DNA from: Klebsormidium nitens | Lineage: Eukaryota > Plantae > Klebsormidiophyceae | Direction: 5' to 3' | NCBI GenBank assembly: GCA_000708835.1 | Contig: DF237054.1 | Span: forward strand, 124,001-188,000 | DNA: 64,000 bases | In this document: positions 53,401-64,000 of the stretch, piece after piece | Layout: the number at the start of each line of letters is the position of its first letter | Numbering within the stretch: the first letter of the stretch is position 1 | Program-made: the position numbers and the translations under genes | The notes under the pieces: generated by a model | Told to the model about the DNA's origin: nothing | Database searches by the model: none | What the model saw: only the letters and a program-made list of their open reading frames with translations

Positions 53401-56400
53401 ACTAGCTAAAGCATCTGTCCCCCTGACCAGATAAGTGCAACGTGCTTGAAGTAAGTTTCTCAGCAGGGAAAGCAAACATAGTACCGGATAGTCCGGAACA
53501 GACGACTCGAGTCCTTACCTGGTTCGCGTTCTTCACCATGTTGACTGCAAACTGCTTCACCTTGTCGCTGAAGGTGGCCGAGAAAAGAAGGATCTGCGAG
53601 AACCAGGTCGGTATGAGTACAAACCAGGCTAGATCACGTCACTCCCAACGCATCGCGGCACTCACTAGCTACACCATAACTCAACAATGTTGTGCTCCTT
53701 TTCAAAATTGTCGTGATCAACCTGCAGACCTGAATTGCAACCAACACTGTCGTAATCCACCTGCAGACCTGATTTACAACCAACACCTTTGGCAGCCAAA
53801 GTGAGTCCTCCTACACATCTTAACCACGCCGTAACCCACAAATAGACCGCCTAGTTTGTGACCAGAACCTTTCAACGAGCCTGAGTCCCCTCCAGCTCTC
53901 AACCATGTCGCATTCCACCTGCAGGCCGCTTGATTTGCGACTAATTTTCTTCAGCAGCCTGGTCGAGTCGTACTCGGAGCTCTAAGTGCCCTAGTTAAGT
54001 CAACTGCAGGCCGCCTGACTGCGCCTAACCGAAACCTCAACCATGTCGCAAACCACCTGCAGACCAGATACATTCAAACGGTATCATCGAATCGGTCTGA
54101 CTCATGTCATAGCCCACCTGTAGACCGGCTGACTTGCGACTGATCTCCTTCAGCAGCCTGATCGAGTCGTCCTTGAACCCGTCCTGGTCGAGCATGTGAT
54201 CCGCCTCGTCAAACACCAAGATCCGCAGATTGTCCGGTTCTAGAATCCGGTCCTTGGTCAGCCACCGTTTCAGTGTGCCCGGGGTGCCGATTACCACCTG
54301 CCGCATGACCAGGCTCGTGGTCAGTGGAAAAGATCCCTGTATCTGACTGCCGGGAGTAAACTGACGGGCTGGCTTGCGGGCTTCAAGAGCATGGACTTGT
54401 CGAAGCATAGGAATGGGCTTACGTAAACCAACGGTACCCAGAGATAGTGGACTGCAACAACATGTTGGCATGTTCCAATCGACGGCCCTGGAATTAGTTT
54501 CATCAAAGCAAGCACCAGGCTCAGCGAACTGCTTGAGACGGCAGCAAGGGTCCCTGAAAATCAGTTTCAAACCAGGCATACGTAGCCGTAGAACATAAAC
54601 AGTCCAAGAAAGAAAGACTGCGAAGCTGCAAGAAAAAAATTGACAAGACACCACCAACCAAGGGCACCGCACGACTCCAGAACGTTCTTTGTCCTCCAAA
54701 CGTGGCGTCCGAAAAGCTTTCATCGACTCTTATCAAACGATTCCGACCCGAACACAATCAAAGATACAAGCATATCACACATTCCCGCGCAAACACAATA
54801 AATAATACAAGCAAGCCAACGCAAATGACCCCGCAAACAGACCCACATCTCACCTGGTCCACCAGTTTGTCTCGTCTCGTCGAGGACGGCCCGTAGCCCT
54901 GGTCCGCGAGCGCCGTGCATGCCACTGTGATCCCCGTGTACTTCGCCATCCGCAGAGTGACCTCTTCGTTCTGAGCAGTGGATAATAGTGGTCAGGAAAC
55001 GCTTTTTTATCCATCCAGCCAGCAATGCTAAGAATGAGAGGATCTTTAGAAAACATCGGAAAGGGAGCGCCGTAAATGCCACTGTAACCCCCGTGTCTTA
55101 AGCCATCCGCAGAGTGACCTCCTCGTTCTGTAGCGTACGAGTCAGCCAATCAGGAATAACCATACGAACTTCACCAAAAGCCTGCTCGGGAATGTTCGTT
55201 GAAACAGCCTAGCTTACGACCAAAGCGTAAGGAACTCTCGGGTTTGGTCACTGTACGCACGCAAAGCATCTGTTCCAATTTGAAACCAAAAGGCTGAATC
55301 GCATACCGGCCACAATGGTCCATCCACAGGCATGAGTATTGTATAGACACAGACTGTGCCGCTCGACAGCCCCGGCTACCCGACGGCAAAAGATGCTCGG
55401 CTGGTGCCATTGACTTTGCACCATCGAATCAACTTCAAAGCTTCCCTTCCCAAGCGGCCAGGCCTATTTCAAAGTACTGCACTCACGACTCTTCTGACAA
55501 CCAACGTACTGGCCGCTGAAGATAGCGGTCGTCAGACTTCATTCAGGATCGTCACATCATTCTTCAGAACTTCGGAAGTCCCTAGCAAACAATCTAGAGG
55601 ACACAAAGATGGACAAAGCAGATGGAGGGATACCTGTATAGCCAGCTCTCTGGTTGGACAAATACAGAGGGCTTGTGGGGCCTTCATATTGGGGTCCACT
55701 CTGCTAAGCATGCCGAGGACGAAACAGGTCGTCTTGCCACTACCGTTGTGCGCCTGCACCAGTCCAAGAAAGAACGACGTTTCTTCTCCGTTCTGCTTGG
55801 ATGCTTAGTTCCTGCCGCGATGATCTTTGACACAATCTTATGCACGTATGATGGTTAGAAGGTGGAGCGATGTCAGAAGATTCGAAGGAGGAGAAACCGC
55901 AAACAACAGATCGACAAAACCCGCCAACCGAGAAGGACACTTTTCTAGATGCTGACTGTGGTGTGCATAATAGTCTTCTGATTTTGAGATCAAGTTCATA
56001 AAAACCGGCAGCCTATTCTGTTGCTCAAACACTAAACACCGCACGACTTCGGGGCCCTCCAGAAAATACAAAGGCGATGGCCCAGAAAAGAAGGAAAGGG
56101 CTAAGATGCGCACCTGAGCGATGAGGTTCATGTGCGGTGGTTGAAGGATAAGGGGCAGCGTTTCTGCCTGTATCCGACTCGGCTTCTCGAACTTCATCTC
56201 GGAGTAGAGGCCTCTCAGCAATGCAGAAGAGAGTTGTAGATCCTCGAACGTCGCTGCGCTGCTGTAGGGGGTGTTCCCCGCTAGTACCTGCATAGCAAAG
56301 GTATCGTTCCTTCTATGTTCGTTCGCGCATTGTCTCCATTCCCTTCAAAGCGTCAGTCCCAAACTCAGTTGTGAAACATCATGTTGTCAAATATTTCCAG

Positions 56401-57737
56401 AGCTGTCCAGGAAGTCACTTGCGTGCGCCTCCGGGTGCAACACAAGCGACTAAGGACCATAACAACTTGGAAGCGATTGGCACACAAATTGGGCCCTTCA
56501 AAGAAAGCATCTCCTCATCCAGTTCAAAGCACTTAGGCCCTTGGTGAGCTAAGCATCTCCACAGTAACCACTGACGCCAGAAAAGTCAATTCCCCGGCTA
56601 CCTTTGCATTTCCAACGAAGCGCGGACACATGATCCACACATACTGGAATCAAGTACTTTTGCTGCAAAAGCAGAAAAGTTCTTTAACAACCAAGAAATC
56701 CAACGCAGTTTGTCTTTCACCTTCTGTATCTTCCCCTCCGCCGCTTCGTTCAGACCGTTGGATTTGATCACTTCCTCTGCTTTGTCAATGGTCCCTCCAC
56801 TTGAGATAGCCAGGCTGCAGCCAGCAAGATGTTACATGTGAAGTCCATCCGAAAGCTTGAGATGTAGATTCAAAGGTTTGGCTGAACGTATTTCCAGTGG
56901 TGTGTTTCTTAGCCAGAGCACACGTAATGATCAGTGACCTCTTCGAAAAACGCTTCAATCACCCGAATCTGAAGTCTGCACCTAGCAGGGGATGAACATC
57001 CAGCGGGTGCCTCAAGGTGGACTTGCGAGCCGCTCTTTCAAAAGCGGACTTTGATCATTCTTCCAATTTGCTGATGCTTTTCCTTTTGGAACCCTGTTGA
57101 ATTTGAGTGGAATTGAGTGGGGTTCCCTAACGTCCCTGGTTTAAAGAGGAGAAAAAGTTTTTGGCAGGAAGCTGACGATGCAGTAGTGGCGGCATGTTCT
57201 TTCCATAAAGATGATGCGACAAAACAGATATTGGTTCTGCCCACCCCTTGACCACTACTCCAGCATTCTTGGTTGTGATCATGCTTCTCTCTAGATGCAC
57301 CTTACCCTTCACACTCCCAGCTCTCCATTATTCCCTTTGGATTCTCTAAACTTTGACGAGCACCAAAAGTTTCAGGTCAGACTCGATTGAGCCTCAGACT
57401 TCAAACAATCAAGACATGTCCCAATCAACCACCCGCGCTGTGGCGTTCCTCTGCACTGGACTCACTTTCCCATCCCAAAGTTATCAGCTGGCCCTGAAGA
57501 GTAAGGATCCGCATCCTCGGGAATGTCTGCCCAAGATACAGGAGCCGGCGCAGGGGCGGGGGCGGGCGCAGGCGCAGGGGCAGGCGCCGGAGCTGGGGTT
57601 GGTGCAGGTGATGGAGCCGGAGCTGCAGTAGACGCTGGGGCGGCAGTGGTAGGAGGCGCGGCTTTCTCCTCTGACGGTGCCATCTTCGGCGATTCCTCGT
57701 CTGCAAACTCGTCGACATTGATATCATCGTCCGCCAT
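50420..57737 (-). CDS. DBP5: DEAD-box RNA helicase DBP5/DDX19 (plant LOS4/RH38), mRNA export; 11 exons, 545 aa
   Basis: Exons 57466-57737, 56721-56814, 56114-56287, 55634-55753, 54854-54970, 54118-54297, 53519-53593, 52319-52518, 51651-51750, 50716-50961, 50420-50479. Motifs: Q-motif [58 protein letters not shown]. Confidence 0.96.
50990..51470 (-). repeat. Three degenerate intronic copies of the start of DBP5 exon 10
   Basis: [16 protein letters not shown] (CAG acceptor, start 51099), [23 protein letters not shown] (CAG acceptor, start ~51245) and [12 protein letters not shown] (~51455), versus true [23 protein letters not shown]. Confidence 0.8.
51985..52240 (-). repeat. Two degenerate intronic copies of the end and donor of DBP5 exon 8
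   Basis: GCACCTTTCAAAAGGGGACATGCCGTCTCCTGCCTTTTGACAAAGATGAT (~52184-52233) and a weaker copy at ~51990-52036, versus the true junction at 52315-52368. Confidence 0.8.
52560..52990 (-). repeat. Tandem ~120-bp degenerate copies of branch point, acceptor and start of DBP5 exon 8
   Basis: Copies start at 52639, 52762, 52881 and (weak) ~52951. The 52719-52762 copy is 43/44 identical to the true exon start at 52475-52518. Confidence 0.9.
53705..54075 (-). repeat. About five degenerate copies of the end and donor of DBP5 exon 6
   Basis: (C/A)ACCTGCAG(A/G)CC words at ~53719, 53757, 53917, 54002 and 54054. The 53919-53973 copy encodes [18 protein letters not shown] versus true [18 protein letters not shown]. 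Confidence 0.85.
55064..55130 (-). repeat. Degenerate upstream copy of DBP5 exon 5 start with in-frame stop
   Basis: 54/64 ungapped identity to 54907-54970. Intact CAG acceptor; reads NEEVTLRMA*. Confidence 0.9.
57543..57620 (-). repeat. (Pro-Ala)n hexamer repeat in DBP5 N-terminal exon
   Basis: [26 protein letters not shown]. Confidence 0.9.
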
Positions 57738-58596
57738 TCTGATTCTGTAAGCTCTCGACTCTGAATCACCAAATGTTTTGGGGCCAAGTGGGCTCTATAA
57801 GGGGAAAGCTGCGGCTCAAGTTTTTGAAAGGTGAACCAATGTCAAAAGCTGCGCTCAGAAGAGCAGGCTAAGAATCAGAGCTGGAGCTTGAGGACTCATC
57901 CGGAAGAACGAAGGCTTGTTATACTAGAGTGTGAATACGGTCCGGTATTGAATCCAGTGCAGCTATGTATAGTCTGCCTAGGCCGTAGGTACTACCTGGC
58001 AGACGGTGGAGGCCGCCTGCCTGGAGGCTGGCACAGATCAGAAGAAAGTGGTAAAGGGGTTCTGCTCCAGCGTTACATCCGGTTTGGAACAACATAAAGA
58101 GCAAAGCATTATACCGTACCAGCGTTTAATTTCGTCAGGTTCGACGCCAGATAATTAATTACGAAACGTTTGCGGGTTTCGGCAGCCCTAGCGTTACCTG
58201 CTAAACAAGACCAGTATCGGTCCATTACCGCCAGACTATTTTCTAGCGGAATTCGTCAGGCCAAATAATTATTTAATATTTGACGAAATCAAACGCTGGT
58301 ACGGTAGCGGGCAAATGCAAATGGCAGTGTAACGGTGTTGGTTGGTTTGTGGTTGATACTCACCGGTTGATTAATTTCACTTCCAGCAAATCCTTCTTTT
58401 TATGGAGCAGGGAAGATCGGCAGTCTGTGGCCCGTGGGCCCCCAATTCCGGTATCCAACGGCTCAGGTCTCGTCGTAGTCAAACATCCCACCTTCCCGCT
58501 CATTCACACCAATCGAAAGCCCGGAAATGGAAAGGAACTTGCTTTAAGTTTGAGCAGCTGTTTCATGTGCAGCGTCATTGAGCCTATTTGAGGATC
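57738..58596. promoter_or_regulatory. Divergent promoter region between DBP5 and NOC1, with probable DBP5 5'-UTR intron (57745-57995)
   Basis: Head-to-head start codons ~860 bp apart. Minus-strand CAG|GTAGTA donor at 57995 and TTACAG acceptor at 57745. TGGGCCC site-II-like motif at 58435-58441. Confidence 0.55.
58114..58304. mobile_element. MITE (191 bp), Tc1/mariner-like
   Basis: 24-bp terminal inverted repeats CCGTACCAGCGTTT(A/G)ATTTCGTCA with 1 mismatch, flanked by TA on both sides (58112-58113, 58305-58306). AT-rich non-coding interior with an internal ATT(T)CGTCAGG...ATAATTA echo. Confidence 0.85.
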
Positions 58597-61500
58597 ATGG
58601 CGAAAGGTGAGAAGGGCAGGCGGCGCCCCTGGCGGGAGGGGAAGCCGCAGGGGCCACCAAAACCAGGGGGTGGCAAAGCCAATGGAAGACTGGGCGGAGG
58701 CAAGCCAGAGTTTCCAAAGAACAGACAGTACACGAAGGACGATGATGATTCTGAAGACGTCCCCAACTTCAGCGATCTGTCAGACGATGACATTGGGGAG
58801 GACAATGCAGTCTCCGAGGATGCTGACAGTATCAAAGACGATGTTGCAAAGTTTGCAGCCAATCTGGGCTTGGCCGTGGAAGGCTTTTCCGGCAGCGGGT
58901 TCGATGACCGCGACTTTAGAAAACCCCCAAAGAAGGTGGAAGTGTCCAAACAAAAGGAGGACAAGAAGAAGGGGAAGGCTGCGGCAGACGGTAAAGGTGA
59001 CGAGGCGGCAGGTAAAGGTCAGAAGGGCAGAAAGCAGAGTGAGAAGAACGATTCGGAGGTTGATGGTGGTGGTGCGAAGGGAAAGAAGAACAAGAATGGG
59101 GAGAAAAACAAGGGTGCGCTACCACCACCCCCCGCTGGAGAAATTCCGGAGGCGGGGGGTGCATTCGCACCAGCGGAGTCGTTTTTCGAAGTCGGAGGGG
59201 GGGGCATCGAGGACGTTCCGATGGGGCCATGGTACGAACAGGCGGCCGAACTCTCTTCAAAGCTGCCGGCCCCGACCGCTGACGTCAGCGCGAAGGGCAA
59301 GAAATCGAAAAGGGGAGCGGCTGACGTCAGCAGCGAGCCGCTGAAGAATTGGGACGACGTGCTGCAGAAGATGCGGGGGGATGGGGAGGAGTTATTGCAT
59401 AAGGCGGCGGAGGCTTACGAGCGGGGGCAGGGGAAGAGCGGGAAGGACGTGGCGTGGCTCGTGCGCGCGCGGAAGACGGGGACGTCGGCGGATAAGGTGG
59501 CGGCCATGACGGTCATGGTGCAGGAGGACCCCGTGGCCAATGTGCGCAGCCTGGACGCCCTGCTAGGTGAGCGAGTGATGCTTTGATGAAAGCTTGGGTG
59601 GTGGTGTAGTGTCTTGTGATTGAAGTTCTCAGGAAGATGGGTTTCTAAAGACTTTTTTCTGAGACTATGAGTTGGTGCTTTGTTGCTGGTTCTTATCGCC
59701 CGGTTAGACGAGCAACCGCCTCATAGCACCTCTGATGAATGTGTTTTGTTCTGTTCATGAATGTCACTGCACTTGGAAGGCTTGTTGTTTATCAGATTAG
59801 CATTAGCTTGGAATAACGTGCGATTGCTTGTTCCAGCATTCCTGTTGGCTACGGATTCACTCGAAGCTGACCATCACAATATGTCACCCCTCCAGTTGAA
59901 ACAGATTCCACCAGGTACTTTTTCAGGCTTTTGCTTACCAACTCATAAGCTACTCTATCACAAGTCCGACAGCGTCACTGCCTCTCAACTCAACCGTGTA
60001 CCTTACTCAATGTAGGCATGGTGTCCAACAAGGGCGGTAAGCGCAATGCGGCGATCGCGATTGACGCCTTGCGTGAGCTGTTTGTGACGTCGCTCCTGCC
60101 GGACCGCAAGCTCAGATACCTGGCGCAGCGGCCCGAGCTGGAGACCCTGGCGTCGCAGGGAAAGGACGGGGAGCCCCTCCTTCAATTCTGGTACTGGGAG
60201 GATGCCCTTAAGCAACGGTGGGTCTGACACGCTCGCTTCTTTCTTTGGCCCCATAGGTTCTTGGCCCGCATTTGACCATGCCTGAAGCATTGAACAGCTT
60301 TTGTTGCCCTTTTTGTGATCGATGTTCTTATATTCAAAGCTGGTGCACATCAAGAGGCCCTTTTGTTGCGATTGTTCACCACAGCGGGAGTTGCTGCCTT
60401 CACAGTTTCAGTGCTATCAATTCATCTGATTGAGTGCTTGACTTGTTTGGAATGTTCCAAACATGGCGCTCGCTCCTCCGATTGCGCACTTGGTGGGCCT
60501 CGCTTTGTAGCACTCTTTTAACAGCATGCCTGGGGGCAAAGAATGCTGCGCTCATATGTTTACGCCCCCGCCTTATTCTCCCCGCCCGCCTGCAGGTATG
60601 ACACATTTGTGACGTCACTGGACGCGCTGAGCCGTGACAACCTGCAGTTTCTCAAGGAGAAGGCGCTCAAGACACTGTTCGACCTGCTGGTAGCAAAACC
60701 GGAGCAGGAGGCCAAGCTGCTAGCAGCGCTTGTAAATAAGGTGCGCCTGTGACATTTTTGTGGAGACTCCCTCGGAGATTGTTGTGCTCTCTTAGAAATG
60801 CATGTTTCAGCTGAGGCAGTGTGCATCAGTACACCAGCCCAAAGATGCACAGCATCCGTTCTATATGGTAGATCCCCTTTGGAGCAAGCTCGTATGGTCC
60901 TCTAGAGACGTTGCAACATTTAAGCTATTTGCCATGGGTCCGTCCCCGACCCCCTAACCACGCTCTCTCATATGGTCTTCTGGTGATTTTCGGCCCGCTG
61001 ACAATTTTGTTCCTCCCGCGCCTAGTTGGGTGACCCTGAGCGGAAGGTCGCCTCTAAGGCGGGGTACCTGCTGGCGCGCCTCCTGGAGCAGCACCCCGCC
61101 ATGAAGCGCGTCGTCGTGCAAGAAGTCGAGGCCTTCGTCTTTCGGCCCCACGTGGGCCTGCGGGCGCGCTACTATGCGGTATGTTGTTTCAAAGTGTCTA
61201 ACGTCATTGTTGAATCGCAATATGGGTATCTGCTTTGTGGGCTCCGCAATCGAAGCTTGTGCGAACGAAGCTCTTGGTGTTCGTAATCTATGCAAAGTCC
61301 TTCATGTAGTCTTTCGTATGTGCTGTTGAGTTGGGGCGTGTCCGAAGTATGGTGCCTTTGATTTTTGTTGAATTACGAACTTGTTATCTGCGGGTCTCTA
61401 CCGAGGAGCGTGGGCCTTTGGTGCTTTCTTGTAGAGAGACTCGTCTTTTACATGTACCTTGAAGAGAACACCTTTTGATTTGCACTTGAACGGCGGCCAG

Positions 61501-63809
61501 ATTGTAGAGCCGAGAGCGAACATCTGTTTTTGACAGCTTCATTTTTTTGCTAGCTACCGTGTCTTCGCAGGCATGTTCACAAGACCGCTTCTATCAAGCC
61601 AGCGAGGCTCACTGCTTTGCTCGTAGCTTTTCAAATAACAGACCTGAACCTGCCTTACACGTGGGCTTTGCGGCGCCTCTGATCTTTGCTCAAGCCAGTC
61701 GCAGTCCCTCTCTGCAGGTAGTGTTTCTGAACCAGATCATTCTTACCAAGAAGGGTGACGGCTCGGCCCTGGCAAAGTCGCTGATTGGCCTTTACTTCGG
61801 GCTTTTCAAGGTGAGTGCGAGCCAGCGATCTGCAAAGTTTAAGGGTCACCTTACTTACAGTGCTTGGAATTGTCTGCCTCTCTGAGCTGGGGATGCATGT
61901 CTCGATTCCCTGTTTTTACGTGGCGAAGTTTTCTTTCTTCTCTGGAACTTATTTTCGTAGGGGAGAACTCCGCCCATACTATTTGGAAGTTAAGACGTGG
62001 AAGGACTCGATTAAATGGTTCTTGAGCTTTCAGGAATTTCGTGGTTTCGTCTTTCAAAACAGGCTTCCTCAACACCGACGCTGCTTTCCTTCAGCAACCT
62101 TGTCCCCCAACGAGCTTCCAATTTGCGTTTTCGAGTTTGAAGATCTTTTGATGCCTAGCCCTCCAGCTTTTCGTACTTGTGTTGATAATCAACACCCGAC
62201 AATTGGATTAGACTGGTTATTTGATTGAAGTGGCGCCAGTTAAGCATCCGAATGAATCGTGAAATCAATTGAGCAATTTTACCGCAGGCTCTGACGGCGC
62301 TCGAGGCCGACGCGGAAGACCCTTCCTCCACCTTCCAGAAGTCCCTCGGCAAGCGCCCCCGCCAAAAGACGCGCGAAGTCAAGAAGATCATCCAGAGCAA
62401 GAAAAAGCGCCTCGCCGCCAAAAGCGCGACCAAGGGCGCAGCCCCAGTCTCGGAGGACAGCACTGTGGGGGTCGATTCGCGGATCCTGTCGGCCATTCTC
62501 ACCGGTGTGAACAGGGCCTTTCCGTATGTGGCGGCAGATGACGTGGACGCGCTGCTGCGGGAGCACACGCCGGAGCTGTTCCGAATGGTGAGCGATTAGT
62601 TTCGCTCAAGAAACGAAATAACAGTTCTTGAGTCCGTGCGTTTGTGTATCTGGTTGCAACAGCGCTCAATGCGGAGGGGCTCCCTATGCCTTGACAAGTG
62701 GAACACTGTGCGGTTGCATCATTAACCAGCTTCGGCCGCTGATCAATAAAAACATATAACGGAGAAGCTGAGGATCCTTCGTCGCAAGTCTCAACAGCGT
62801 CGATTGTCAGGAATGACGTGAGGTTTTGTTCAATCAAGTTACATGGGCAAGCAGCCGTTATAGTTGTCCCCGTCCTCGGCTCATATGCTCCACCACTCTA
62901 GCCGAACCATCGAAGATCAACCTGCACAAGAGGTCCAATCAAATCCAAGCCTGTCACTGACCAACATCACAGGTCATTCGTCAATCCCAGTTTTCTCTCA
63001 TTTGCCGCTATGCCTGCGCTGAACTCGTCCCGCTACTCCTGTCCCCAGGTCCACGCGGGCAACTTCAACGTGTCTGTCCAGGCCCTGTTGCTGCTGCACC
63101 AGCTCATGTCCGCCCACCAGGCCGTCAGCGAGCGCTTCTACAGGGCCCTCTACGCCGTGCTGCTCTCCCCCGCCCTCGCCAAGTCGTCCAAGGTAGGCCC
63201 CGTCTGCGGCCCTGTTCCTTGTAACCGTGCCCGGAGAGCGACGTGATCTGGATTTTGTGTTCGTGGGGGGAGTTACGTGGAGAAGAATATGGTAGCTCGT
63301 ATGCAATACCAAGATTGTTTGCCCGTTTCCATTTGGTTGGTCCTTTAGAAGTCTTGAATGGGGTCACCTCACGACCAGAATCTACTTTAGCTCTTTTTCT
63401 GTTGTCCTCGTACAGGCCAACATTTCGACATCGATCTTGTTCACCTCTTCCAGCTCGCCCGCTCCCGCTTCTTGTCTTGAAGTCTCAGCTTTTTTGTAAT
63501 CCGTTTTCTCACATCACTCGCTCTCCCGTGTCCAGGCCGCCCTCTTTCTCTCGGTCCTCTTCAAAGCCATGAAGTCGGACCTCGACTCCAAGCGCATCGC
63601 TGCGTTTGCAAAGCGCCTTCTCCAAATCGCGGCCCACCAAAGCCCGCCGTTCACGTGTGGCGCGTTACTGCTCGTTTCCGAGGTCCTCAAGATTCGGCCG
63701 ATCCTTTGGGGGGCGGTCCAGCAGCCGGAAGACAAAGGGGACGATCTGGAGCATTTCGAGGACGTCCGAGAAGAGGGTGACGGTTCGGCAGACGGTCCGA
63801 GAAGCGCGG
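58597..63809 (+). CDS. NOC1: NOC1/MAK21/CEBPZ ribosome biogenesis protein (CBF family; Arabidopsis EDA25/SWA2-like), 3'-partial
   Basis: Exons 58597-59566, 60016-60217, 60596-60740, 61026-61178, 61718-61810, 62288-62587, 63049-63192 and 63536-63809 are phase-consistent. Signature peptides: GTSADKVAAM, LLPDRKLRY, WYWEDALK, KPEQEAKLLAALVNKLGDPERKVASKA, DSRILSAILTGVNRAFPY, FNVSVQALLLL, RFYRALY, RIAAFAKRLLQ. The gene continues beyond the window. Confidence 0.95.
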
Positions 63810-64000
63810 GTGAGTATCGCTGTTTGAGTAATTGTGAGGAGTGTGTTTCGTTCGTTGTGTAGGTTAGCTGACTTAGGAATCTGGCGGATCGCCGAAGACG
63901 TGCGCTTTTACTTAACAAGATGCTCTGGGAAATTGCGGGGCTGAGACTCTTGAGACCACCTACTATGCAGATGCCTTTGGCTCCGGCATCCACTGCAGAG

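Overview
Eukaryotic, GC-rich, intron-rich genomic DNA, most consistent with a streptophyte green alga (Klebsormidium-like; inferred from gene style, not proven). Left ~15 kb: a compact, intronless, virus-like or mobile island (SET-domain methyltransferase, small membrane protein, two tandem tyrosine-recombinase paralogs both frameshifted at the same spot, Zn/HNH nuclease). It is followed by a CpG-depleted, C-to-T-decayed zone of pseudogenes that includes an EsV-1-7 repeat protein. 16.4-46.6 kb (minus): a giant coiled-coil locus, either one 16-exon gene of about 6,550 aa plus an upstream gene of about 1,130 aa, or a single ~7,700-aa gene, built from several unrecognised repeat families. 47.8-49.2 kb (plus): a small 3-exon gene with a duplicated Cys motif. 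50.4-57.7 kb (minus): DEAD-box helicase DBP5/LOS4, whose introns contain many tandem degenerate copies of its own exon-intron junctions. 58.1-58.3 kb: a TA-flanked MITE in a divergent promoter. 58.6 kb to end (plus): NOC1/MAK21/CEBPZ, running off the window. Exon structures were assembled by hand from GT-AG sites and phase consistency. No database searches were run.
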